A stretch of DNA of 64,000 nucleotides from Trichoplax adhaerens (Eukaryota > Animalia > Placozoa). A program made the translations under genes and the position numbers. Numbering within the stretch: position 1 is the stretch's first letter; the number at the start of each line of letters is the position of its first letter. This document shows, in pieces, positions 46,601 to 59,000 of the stretch. Below the pieces are notes generated by a model. It had not been told where the DNA came from and made no database searches. It saw only the letters and a list, made by a program, of their open reading frames with translations. Location: the NCBI RefSeq assembly GCF_000150275.1, contig NW_002060945.1:4699397-4763396 (forward strand), in the 5' to 3' direction.

Positions 46601-49600
46601 TAAATAGATAGCTGTTGTTGCTTAGCGATATCTATGTGTAAGAAGCAGAATCTTTATGTATCGCGTTATTTAGTAACAATAGGAGCTTACTACTTAGATC
46701 TTTAATTAAAAATATTTTATTACCAACGTAGATATAAGAGATCATAAACTAAACAATGCCCTCTTAAATGTAATGGAAAGATTATCAAAGTTAAATAGTT
46801 AGGATAGCGAAATAACTATAGATCAAAGCTTTACCGCTTTTAGAATTAATTACCGTAGCTAGAGTGACAATCTAAGTGACGATCGTCCATAATATCTTCA
46901 GAATAAGATGAAGGAGAATAAAGATTATATACTTATTTATTGTTAATCACTCTTGGATGATTAATTGAAGAAATATCATATCACGATTGCTAATAGTTAG
47001 CTAGAAATTGCAATCAATAAATAAAAGCCTACATTATGTTATTGTTGGAGTTAGTTTAGAATCACGAGATTTTTAGTTATGGTAGAATTTAATTATCTAT
47101 AATTAATAATCGTAATTATCTTTACGATATTTACATAGTATTGTTATTACCGGAGAGAAATACTAATTAAAATTATTGTAGACACCATCAGAGATCCTAT
47201 ATTTTCTATTACTTAATATAGTGTTACATTTACCAATCGTAGTATCATTTAAATACTAATCCTCATGAAATAAATCATATAGTGAGCTTTAAACAATTTT
47301 ATACTTCTACTCTTATAGTAAACAGATCTCGTCAAAGATTTAAAATAATGTAAATATCTGAAAGCGTTAAAGTTCACTGAGATATTCCATTATTAAAGGC
47401 ATGATATCCTTAAAATTATGTAGTACACATACTGTATATGTGCAGATTTAAGTGATGCATGTTTTAAAATATATAGAAGAAATAATTACAATTAAAATTA
47501 AATGACGTTACTAACGTTTACTAATTAGCAAGTAATCAGATTTAAATAAATAGTACTTACCAAATGTTAATGAGCGCTAGCATTGGCATATATATTTAAT
47601 TTGCTTAGATTATGCTAGAATGACTAAAAATTTGTTATAAATCTGAATCAGAGAGTACGTTTGATAATTCTATATCGAATTCGCGATTGGCTTGTAAATC
47701 ATGAAAGGTCTCTTTCGTTTATTTATAGTATTATTAATATTTTAATAAAGACTAATGTATATATACAGAAGGTCAAAAGTGATATAATCATTATATAAAG
47801 ATTACTAATATAGTATTTAATAGAGGTATTCCAGATGTAATCACCAAGTGCGTTAATTGAGATCTAACACTTGCATAATATTAAAATTATTACCGCTTGT
47901 ATATACGAGTATACATTGCCAGATTTTTATTTTTATTTGATACAGCTATAATTCCACCTAAATTTAATCTCCATTAGCATTGCAAAAACTTGATTATCGT
48001 ACATTGTCTACCTGCTACAATTCTTAGAACTTAAGGATCATTTCAACAACTAATAAATCGCATCATCATCATATACTAAAGATCATATCTTATACTTAAA
48101 TAATTATATAATCATTAAATATTAGTCTTTCGTTAACACTACTACTATAGTAAAAAATTATGAAACATCGATATTTGTCGTAGCGATTCATGCCATATTT
48201 ATAATAATACAACTAAAACTGAAATAGGATCCACTAACATTTTAATAAAGAACTTTTAGCAGAGATATCGATAAGGGTAAATTGTTAAGGTGTGAAGGTT
48301 ATAAATTCTTAAAAAGAATATCAAGATGAATTTATTTACGAATATTAACCTTTACCCGAACAATTGCACGTACTAATGTGTTAATTTTTGATGAAACCTG
48401 ATTTCAATTACTGTCTATGAATTAGGCAGTTATGTTTGCATCGCTTTTATCTGAATATTTGCAAATAATGAAATAATTAATGGATAATAAATAATAGTAA
48501 GTATTAAGTTATTACTTAGAATAGAAAATGTTCAAAATGGGCTTAACTAAAATAGTGTTTGTAAGGTAATATAATAGTCATAATTTAATAATCAGCTTAA
48601 TTCACAACGACTTATTGAGCTCTAATATAACTATAATTTTCAATAATGATGACTATTTACTTATATGCATAATAGAAAAATTTGAATACCCTATTAAAAT
48701 CAATCAATACCGAAAGTAAATTTATTCAAGTGATTTACAATTGAATCGTCATGAGGGTATATAACACAGTAGGTCAAGAATATGTATATGTTAATTATCA
48801 TAGTACTTATCGATGATCTAGAATATTTTTTTAATAATCATAGCAACGTCATTCTCCTCAAATCATTACCCACGTAGAAGTGATATCTTAACAACGGGCG
48901 AAATAAAAAATGACTTAAATTTCTTGATACACAAAACTGCATGTATCAGTATCAAGGATTAATATTATGAAAAACTGAAAGGATTATATCGTGACTTCTG
49001 TTACTACTTCTCTTCTGCAGCCTCTAAAAATATATTAATAAACTACTTTTAACGCCTATTACGCTATACAATGCATAATTAGACTCTGTTATAATAAGTA
49101 AAGCGAAATATAATACAGCTTGAATGGAAAAAGTATAAAAAATGTTAAGATACGACTTTGTACTGAGGGTAGCATTAATTAATATTATCTATACTCTCAT
49201 TCGTACAATATAGTGTACGGTTTCAGTTGACACATAATAAGAGGGCAATTCTTTTATCATTACAGAGTAATCCGTATTTGCATATTAGCAATCTTACACA
49301 CAATAATTTATTTTATTAGTACCTAGAGTTATTCTCTTTACATAAAATTATTTCTATTTCCTTCTTCTAGCTATAATTATTACTTAGAAAGGTGACTTCA
49401 TGACTAATCATCACCTTATAGCATTACACCAGTTGTCGATTCTGTATATATGACTAGAGTGTACAGCAATATAAATAGAACTTGTTTACCGTATATGAAA
49501 AGGGTATATGCTTCGAATTACTGTTAAGACTTTTTCCCCAACATTTTTAAAATCAATGAAATATATATTGATTGACTTCTTTGATTTACCTGATATGTCA

Positions 49601-50324
49601 TGTCATTCAAAAATAAGTACTACATTGTTAGCCATATACAATTGTACATCATACTATGTTTGCATACACATAAAATGCTTTACATAAAATAAAAATTTAT
49701 CTTATTCTGAGAAAGCACTTCTAGTCTTGTCAGAGAATTCTTGTAGTCATAGCGTTCGTCTAATGAAATCATTTTGATATACTATTTCCACGATAGATAG
49801 AGTTGGACTTGGTCCAGCAAAGTAATTTCTACTTTTTCATTTTCTGGATATGATTACATTCGTATACTCACTCATTGATATCGAGTAAATGTATTATATG
49901 GATAAATTATTATATTCTACAATTAGTATGACGTAATAGATGATACTATCGCAGAGGTATGTTAGTCATGAGTGATTTCCACTCTGAGATTTCCTATTGT
50001 CTTGTAACATGACGAATGAGAACGTGAAGCACGTCAAATCGAATCATCCATTGAAAAGCGTGACGTACACTAGGATATCCGTCGCTATTTGATACATCTT
50101 TCCTATTGTTCTCTCCATCAACTAGTCGACCAGTTGGAAACCGGTTTATGTCATGTCAACCTTCTTTTCAATACCTATTTGTCTGCTTCTGGCCACAATA
50201 TATCCATTGAATATTTCACTGGCGCCAGTATGTCGAGTTCTCTACTTTATTAATTTATGGAAACGATGATGGAGGGTGAAGAAGATTGTATATTGTTGCT
50301 ACTGCTTTCTAAAGATTAACAAGT

Positions 50325-50795
50325 TACCTCTCTTATGTAAAATTATATCCAGGTATAGTATATAGTCATTGTTGAGATAGATTGCCTAGTAACGGATACT
50401 TACACGTATGAACAACGGGTATTACAAAGACTGTAATAATTCTGCACGATGAATCGTGCTGGACAAGCTAGTTCTACATAATTTATCAATTAACAGGCCT
50501 AAATACAAATTTTTGTAAATATTCCACTGGCACCAAAGTATCAAGTCTGTACTAGCTTGATCAATTTATAGAAACTATTCTTATTAAAATTTCATTTTGT
50601 TTCTGCTTTATAAAGATTGACAAATACCGTACTTCTCTTGTCACAGTCCTGAGCGGAATCACATTTCTATTCAGGTGTAATATATAGCATTGTTGAGCTA
50701 GATTGTTTGATAGCAGATAGTATATGAGGAACGGGTATTATGAAGCTAATTTTACTTAATTTGTCAATCTAAAGGCCTCAATATAAATTTTTTTA
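50325..50795. repeat. Diverged direct duplication, copies ~50345-50515 and ~50668-50795
   Basis: caggtatagtatatagtcattgttgagatagattg...aacgggtatta...aatttatcaattaacaggcctaaatacaaatttt versus caggtgtaatatatagcattgttgagctagattg...aacgggtatta...aatttgtcaatctaaaggcctcaatataaatttt. Confidence 0.75.
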
Positions 50796-53700
50796 TCGCT
50801 TAGCGCATCATTTAATGTAGTATTGTACCAAAGAGTATATGCAATAATCGCTAATGAGCTAAAATTACGGTAAAATCCGATTACGCAGCTCTTGACTACT
50901 AAATCATTATAGTGTCCAGTGTTATTTGCTTAGCCATGAACTTATGATATTCATATAATCATGTGAACTTAGTAATTAGGTTCAATGTTGAAATAGGAAA
51001 GTAAAACTATTTATTTTAGGGTAAGAGCACGCAAATCAGTTCGAAATCTGCTTAAAAAGGAAAATTAATAGCCAAATCGCACTGTTATGATACTGTCTAT
51101 CTCATGTTTGAGTAAATCCCGTAAAACCCTTTAAACTGTAGCTCATAAACAAATTCACATCTGCCGTTACAACTTTATTAATGTATATATATTTCATGAC
51201 AAACAAAATTTTAGTCACCCGTGATGCAGTAGCTAACACTGATACACGTCACACATGGATTTGTATCTATTCATGTATACTGGGATAATTTATTTAGAAA
51301 CATCGATTACATAGTTTTACATATTTTTTTATTAATATAGATATCAATAATTAAACTGGTAATCTAATAATTAATACAAAAATTTCTACTATGGACATGT
51401 TCTGAAATACTTTTTCCTATTACATAAAGTCGATTTCAATTTCTAAACCTAAAAGATGATTCGTACAACTGAGTGATAACTGTCTCTTAATGTATGAAAG
51501 TTAAGAACTTTTAATATCAATGTAAATTACCGCACATAATGATGAGGAAGCAGCAATATCTCTTATGCCAAAGTTATAGTTAAATTTTCAGTGCTATATT
51601 ATAACACAAATTCCTTAATATCTCATAAACGATCTGTTAAGTTTAGAGAGAGCAAAATGAACTTGATTCTCAAGTGCAATTTCGATCTCAGACAACCGAT
51701 TGAATGATCAATGTATAGCGTAGTAGCTACAACACCACGCTAGATCTAAATTCAAGGCTTTCTCAACTCGTGCCTCCATATTTCACGAAAATTTTACTAC
51801 CAGTAGTGCACTTATGCAACAGTACGATATCGTTACACGCATGCGAATTCTTGGATTCGGATATTTCATGATCTATAAAGTGCTGGAGTAGAGATCTGGA
51901 GATCGTCATTTGCTATCCATAAAATAACTTCATAATCAGTATTAAATATTCACATGCATTATATGTTATATCCTACCTAAGTTAAAAAATAACTTATTAG
52001 ATATGATATTAATGCATAATTTATAACATCAATTCTATTGCTACATGAAAAGATATCGTAAATATGTTTTTTTACTTTGTTTATCAAATAGCATTAGCTT
52101 TTATAGTGATAACATTCATAATTTTATTGGCTATTTGATGTACTCGTATAATGCCTACATCAGTCTAGCCCTTTAGGACAGGTGCATACTTTTACTACGG
52201 TTGACATAAATATTTTATATTTAAATAAAATTTATACTGTGCTAATAATATGATTCAGTCATATCAAAGTATCAATGTTTAAAAGATCTAACATTCGATT
52301 ACGTGACGTTTAAGGATTGCATTGCCGTCACAAATCAATAAATACCCATACATCCGAAATTTGTCCCGAAAAGTAAAAACGACAGCTTTATCTAAGAAAT
52401 ACTCGTAAATACTATACTAAGGTAGATTTTATAAGCTTCAAACACTTTACGTTATCCGTACACATATGTACGAATTTACCTGGAAGAAATATTTAGTAAT
52501 GACCTTAAGTTAATTGAAATAAATGTCATATTGTCAGTTTAAATCAATAACGAAGTACTATAGTTCGAGAAGTACTATGTCATACAGCTAAAGAAGCCTG
52601 AAACTTGTACTGATACATATTTAAAAATATGGGAGCTGTAACATTTCATGCTAATGAAATCTGTTTCACTAAGATTATTAACTATGTAGAGTGATACATA
52701 AAATAATTTTCAATTAACCCTATCAGTAATGCCCCGGTAATCAGAGTATTGCGGCGATACTACAAATCATGTTTGTACAGTATTGAAGATCTTCAGCTAT
52801 AATTACCGCAAAATCGCATTGGAACTAATATAAGTATGAGTTTACCCTTTATAAATTGCAAACTTACTATGACAATTTAAACCTGTTAGGGTAATCGGTA
52901 ATTCTGTTTGGTACAATTGAAAAGCTGGTACTCTTCATAATTACGTTAAATTATAGCAATGTGCATATGATCTTAAGATTTAATAACTTGCTGAAATTTT
53001 GATTATAAAGAAATTTCCTTTTATTTTTATCATTGCTGTATATTATTGCATAGATTATATTGAAATACGCGCATAAGGGTTAAATTACATCTAGCGGAAG
53101 TTTTTCAAAACGGCTAATAAAATATTTTATCTAGAATGACCACGCTTAAGCATAGGAATTTTTTGATAAATAAGTCGTAGTACTGTTGTACATTTATGTC
53201 TAGGAAGGAGATCGACCTCGTATACAAAGAATATATTCACAAATAGACATGCTAGGAAAAAGATGCTCTTTATTCTTACGCACGGTTTTTATATCATACC
53301 GGAGAAACCATAGTACTCTACTGCGCAGGCGTACATAACGTACAGTATTGTTATAGTGAGTTCGTAACAGTAAACAGCTCAAATAGATTGCGTATCTATT
53401 GCTACAATTATACCATACTTAATACATTATTAGTTATCATGATAACTCAGATCAGGGAGTACACATATATTACAGTTCATACGTATACGCATATAACAAG
53501 TAGAATCAAATTTGTAGTAAGGTTTGTTGTTCTGAGCCACATAATGTAATCTGCTATATCGGAGATATAGCTTAACAAACAGTACCCCGGGTAACTCATC
53601 AATAAAATATACTTTTTCAACTAGTAAAAGATCAAGAAGAAGCTCAATAGTCTTCGCTAAGAAATTTTAAAATACATTTCAATAAGATATTTGGAGTTAC

Positions 53701-54962
53701 GAATATATTTAATGAGGCAAAAAAATCTACTAACTTGTCACAACCCTCACCTGTGGCAAAGGAAAGTAAAGAACTCTAGTGTAGTTACTTAAAACTTGGG
53801 CTATTTCTCCCAGTACTTTCAGTTTCTATGAAAGAAGTATTTGAGGACTCGATTTCTCGGCTGATCTCCAAAGACAACTGACTAATTATTACACTATTCT
53901 TCACGATATGAGTCTTGCCGTTTCTTGAGCAATTACTTACTTTATTCTACAAACACACGCGCTTAAATAGGTTTCTACAGTGAATTCCAATATTAACGAG
54001 TTAGAATTCATGCTTTACAAGTTACATTAATTAGTATAATAGCATTACTAAATATACATGTCGATATTCTCAGACTTAGATAGCTACAAGCTATCAGGTG
54101 TTAAGACGCTTAACCTTCGTCCATATACAGCTCAATTTTTAGAGATTAACACACCTTATAAACCTACGGTAAATTAACTGCTAACAACTTCTATTTTTAT
54201 CTCATTTCTACCATCCTATTATCAGCTACAAGCGCATCAAAACATAGCACATAACCTTATCTTATCTATTCGTAAGCATTCATTAATTTACAGTTACTTA
54301 ATTAGTAACGGCGTACCGTGACACTAACAGATGCAAGTTTTCTTCATCTACTCAGCTACCTTAGTTTTTACCGCTAGGTAATTAGTGCTACTTGTAGGAT
54401 GCTGATTATGATCATTGTTTCATATCATACTAGATGCTTTATGCTAATCAATACGGGTATTATTGTTGCACCTGATTCTATACTATTAATCCACATTGAA
54501 TAGCTGCTTCATTACTCTCAATATATAGCTGTCCTGTAGATTATACAAGAATTATTATAATTCCGATTGTATCAACAGTTCACTAATTTTAAATGGTTAT
54601 ATGATACTGATATTGGGTATCAATATGTCATCTTTATTTCACAGCAGTAACTGTAAATTAGCTGTTAAATATTTTACATTTGTTGTATAATACATATAGC
54701 CATAGCGTACTCGTATATATGAGTCTATGACAGTAAGTATATGGTATACGTATATATGTTATATATATATATACATATACATGGATAAGCGTACTACCAT
54801 AAAGATGGATACGTATGTTCGTATATAGCAGCACGGTGCCATAGTAACTAGAATACTTGATTAAGATTATAGAATTCTAGATATTCTATTGTCAATTGGC
54901 AATGAAATTTATGAATGTAAGTCCTCCAGTATTAAGATCTTTCTCAACCTTGAATACCAACT

Positions 54963-56003
54963 TTATTTTGGTCTACCATTACTAAATCCAGATTGAGATG
55001 TTGAAAACATTTCGATCCTGTTGTTACGAAAAAACATTTGTTTATTAATATACTTACGCAAATCTGATTGTAAAAGACCATACATAACTGGATTAATGCA
55101 TGGATAAGAGAATGCCAAAAATCGTAAGACGAAAAGTGCATCAATGATTTCAAGGTTAGGTCTAACTGCTCCGACATAAATTGCGAAAAAGAAGATGACA
55201 TATGGTAACCACGCGATGAGAAAAACGCCAACAATTATTGATAGATATTTAGCTGCTTTAATGTTAAGAAACCTGTGTTGAGAATTATCTTGATCTGCCA
55301 ATACTTTAAGCTGCTTATTGGCAATCAAAAATATATGACTATAGGCAAAGACCATGCAAATAATTGGGACAAAAAATAATATTGAAAAGACTGCAATGAA
55401 ATAACTTTCTTCTGCGGCTAAATTGTTGGGATTTACTAAAACGCAAGCTCCAGAGCTAAAATTGCGAAATGTTAATGGTGGAATAATAGCGATTGATAAA
55501 GGTAATACCCAGACCACACCAATGGAAATTGTGATAGCGTAATTAGTAGCATGTTTCAAGTAGAAGAACGGGAATATAATTGCAATGTATTTATCTAAGC
55601 TTATCAAGCATAAATGAAGATTGATTACTATAGTGAAAAAGATACCAAGAAGCGCTGTTAAGCTGCAGTAGAACCAATTTTCAGAATTATTAATGATTGA
55701 ACTTAACGCCCAACGAGGAAAAATATACATCACTGACCAGAGTATACCTAAAACAGCCATACTAGCAATAAAGCTATTACTAGGTTTTCTTAAGTTCTTA
55801 ATACATGAAATTAAAAATAAAAATGAACAGTTGGTGAGTAGAGTGAATATTGCCAAAACCAACCAAGCAATATTTTGACCATTTAAATCCAAACTTCTAG
55901 ATCCAACTTCTGAAGGACTTGTCGATGTATTTGCATTTGAGGCATTCCATGGCTGGGTTATGCTAAGCGTTGTTACATTAGGAACAGTTTTCGTTGATGT
56001 CAT
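54963..56003 (-). CDS. Single-coding-exon class A orphan GPCR, 346 aa, paralog 3 (closest to paralog 2)
   Basis: 7TM; LRKPSNSFIASMA, HLCLISLDKYIAIIFPF, FSILFFVPI, NIKAAKYLSIIVGVFLIAWLPY, INPVMY; several N-terminal NxS/T sequons. Confidence 0.94.
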   Translation of the reverse strand: MTSTKTVPNVTTLSITQPWNASNANTSTSPSEVGSRSLDLNGQNIAWLVLAIFTLLTNCSFLFLISCIKNLRKPSNSFIASMAVLGILWSVMYIFPRWALSSIINNSENWFYCSLTALLGIFFTIVINLHLCLISLDKYIAIIFPFFYLKHATNYAITISIGVVWVLPLSIAIIPPLTFRNFSSGACVLVNPNNLAAEESYFIAVFSILFFVPIICMVFAYSHIFLIANKQLKVLADQDNSQHRFLNIKAAKYLSIIVGVFLIAWLPYVIFFFAIYVGAVRPNLEIIDALFVLRFLAFSYPCINPVMYGLLQSDLRKYINKQMFFRNNRIEMFSTSQSGFSNGRPK

Positions 56004-59000
56004 TTTAATAAAATTTCTTCTCTCGATATTATGTGTATAATGGAAAGGGTCTATTTTATATAATCTTATAGCGTAATATATTGCATAAGAAAAGCGTGGA
56101 ATTTATAATTAACCAGAGGATAAAATCTATTGATAAAACATAAAACAATAGAATTCGGTATTAGTTAGTATAATTTTACAAATTTAAATCAAAATTTTAA
56201 AAGTCGATAAGAGAAACCTAGAAAAGTTCTTTTTAATCTTAAGCCACTTATATCTGATTCATATTTTGCATGCTAATCAGTTAGTGTAAACTACACCGTG
56301 AAACTGTGAAGCACCCATCCATATACTATCGCAATAATATTGATCTATGATTGTCAAATGTGGGATAAGTGTGGGTAATAGATTTATATTACAGTATCAA
56401 CCAAATACCAGATATTATAGCTGAAACATAATGTATCCATTCGCCGATGTTGTTGTTTACAGTTGTTAACGGTAAAATTCGTTTCAAATATTGTTTAGTA
56501 TGAAAAAGCTTTAATGGTTATTAGCATATTTCATAAAAAATTTATGACAGCTGGGTACATGCCAGCAAACATGGTCAATTATGAAACTTTGCCAAAACGC
56601 CCTTTAAACGATTGATCATTAAGAAATATACTTGTGATATATACCAATCACGAAATTCCAAATTTTAGAAAAATAAGGGCTTTATTCAATCTTATACAAA
56701 GATTAACTACACAGCTCTACTCTAGCCGAATACTACTTCTAAAGACTTCTAGAACGAGCTAACAGAATAATCTAAAGTTGCATGCTTTTATACTTTTCGT
56801 AGCATTCGCAGCTACAATCCGCATGGCAACCTTTTACCTTATTTTACACATAGTTAAATTATTCTTAGTAAGACTATTCTACTGCGGACCATCATTAATC
56901 CAATATGGATACGACTACAGTACTTACGTAGACATTATTCACACCAGCCAAGTACAATGAATTAACCATATCCTAATATATGATTTACAGTTCTATTTTT
57001 ACCTATAGCCATATTAGTAACTCAACAGCTTACTGTATATAGTCATCTGTACTCTAGCATAGCGTCTCTACCACTACAGTCTATAGTTACAGCTACCAAA
57101 TATCTCTTAGGATAAATATCTACCGTACATTATACTACACATGGCTAACAGTCTACAATCAATACTAAGTTACATTACAATACTCTATATTTAGTTCTTA
57201 TAATAAGAATCGATATTTTATATTAAAGTTATAAAACCCAATGTATTGATGTTTTGATGTTAATGGATTATATGATGTTAATTTATGAAGAATTAAATAA
57301 CTGAGATTATGCGATTCTTAAAATAAGGATTAATAAAGCCAATTAATTCCTAACTTTTAATTTATTCATTTCTTCAAGTATGATGAGAATTGGCTAAATA
57401 GCGAATTACTATATTTCAGAGCTCTTAAAGTATTAATACCGACTGAAAAGAAGAGATAGAGTTTAGATTTTTACGGTATATAGTATTAGCAAAAATATGC
57501 GTACACTTTTGACAGAAAGTTCAATTAAAATTTGAATAGTAGAATTATACCAATAAATTTGCTACTTGGGCTTAATGGAGATTGGGGTGGTAAATTTATT
57601 TGCTATTAGAAATTTTATTTGTAAAATCCCATAATAATAACATCGCCAACAGTTCGTGTTTTTTAAACTTATCTTTTTTAGGGTAAAATAGATCGTTTCC
57701 ATGAATGCTAAACCCGATAGTCAAATTTATTCTTTCTCTATCATCGATAATATATGCATAGCAAATATTAAGCTACCTAAGCTAGTAAAGGCACGTCATT
57801 TAGGTTCTTGTAATATTAGTAGTATTTAGATCAATGTACATTGCACTATAAAGAATGCAGAATACTTTCGGTATTTATTATCTTGAAATAGTCGACTTAT
57901 ATTTCATAAGAGAACAGTATAAAGTATGCAGTACTTGGTCGATATCAATCATCAGTTAGCTAATGTTATTTTAATTGTGATTAAATTATGAACCTAGTCT
58001 TTCTATGAGTAGAGAATTATTAATTATCGACGTCAAGATCTTAAAGTATTTAAAAATTTGGTTGAAAACTTCAAAGACAATATGATCTGTTTTACTAACA
58101 TATGAGTATTAGTATGGATTTGCAGTTACAGAGTATGACTGTAGTAGGGTGTTCTCACCAGAATTAATATGACATTTTAGTATTATCGAAAATAATCAGT
58201 ATACATAATGTTGATATTCTGTATTTAGTAGATATAATTTATAGTCTCATAAGAAAACCGAATAATTTTAAAGTTGTTTCATTGTTAATGAGCGGTAAAG
58301 TTAGTCATTTTAGCCTGCCTTTCCTCTTAAAACGTTTACCTCTATTAAATTACAACGACAGATGGTAAATATATGTTAAGCTGTTAATATTTCATTAGCT
58401 TATCTCCTTTTAAGTAATCTCAAAATAAAAAACTGACTAAAAGTGCCAATTACTATTAACTACTTAAGGTAATATTTTTACTTTATCATTTCATTTTGTT
58501 CCGTCTATTATTCTGTAGAATACATCGACAAAAAGCTTGTATGAAGATAAATTATAAACAACCATAAGGATGATATAGTTACTTTGTCTCGAAGATATTT
58601 TAACTGATAACAATCTCTGATGCAATTACGATTTTAAAACTAATCACTCACTGCTAATCGCTAAACAAATCTTAGTGCTTGATGTAAACACCATTAACGC
58701 TCAAATTGTGCATGAAATTGCAAAAACGTAAAGTACTCTGTTGCTATGGTTTAGTAATCCTATAATTGGATTGCGGTAGTCACTTAAAATTTACTTGAAA
58801 TATTGCTTCATATCGAAAGTAAATCACAGATTCTATGCCATGCAAGGTAAAGTTCGGCTCATTGTTAACATATATTTATCCAATGTTTAAAAAAGAATAT
58901 AGCTATTTATAACTAAAGTAATAGTTCGAATGATGTATCGTTTATCTAATTTGCTTACATTATTAACTATAAAAGAACATGCAAACAAAGATAATATATA

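Noticed and set aside
37691-53571. Short hairpins such as ATCACCAAT-tac-ATTGGTGAT (37691) and GCTATATC-gga-GATATAGC (53553)
   Set aside because: Arms of 8-9 bp are expected by chance in 64 kb of AT-rich DNA.
54944-55878. ORFs 54944-55234 (-) and 55693-55878 (+) overlapping GPCR paralog 3
   Set aside because: Alternative-frame or antisense shadows of the real CDS.
22711-56003. GPCRs as opsins or classical biogenic-amine receptors
   Set aside because: Position 7.43 is Phe (no retinal-binding Lys) and 3.32 is Tyr/Gly (no amine-binding Asp), so no gene symbol is assigned.
19562-56960. Remaining 60-90 aa ORFs in the intergenic spacers (e.g. 19562, 20926, 25371, 27152, 28381, 35194, 43669, 45046, 53200, 56778)
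   Set aside because: I/L/Y/F-biased translations typical of AT-rich non-coding DNA, without motifs or splice support; the ORF at 21139-21372 spans the N gap.
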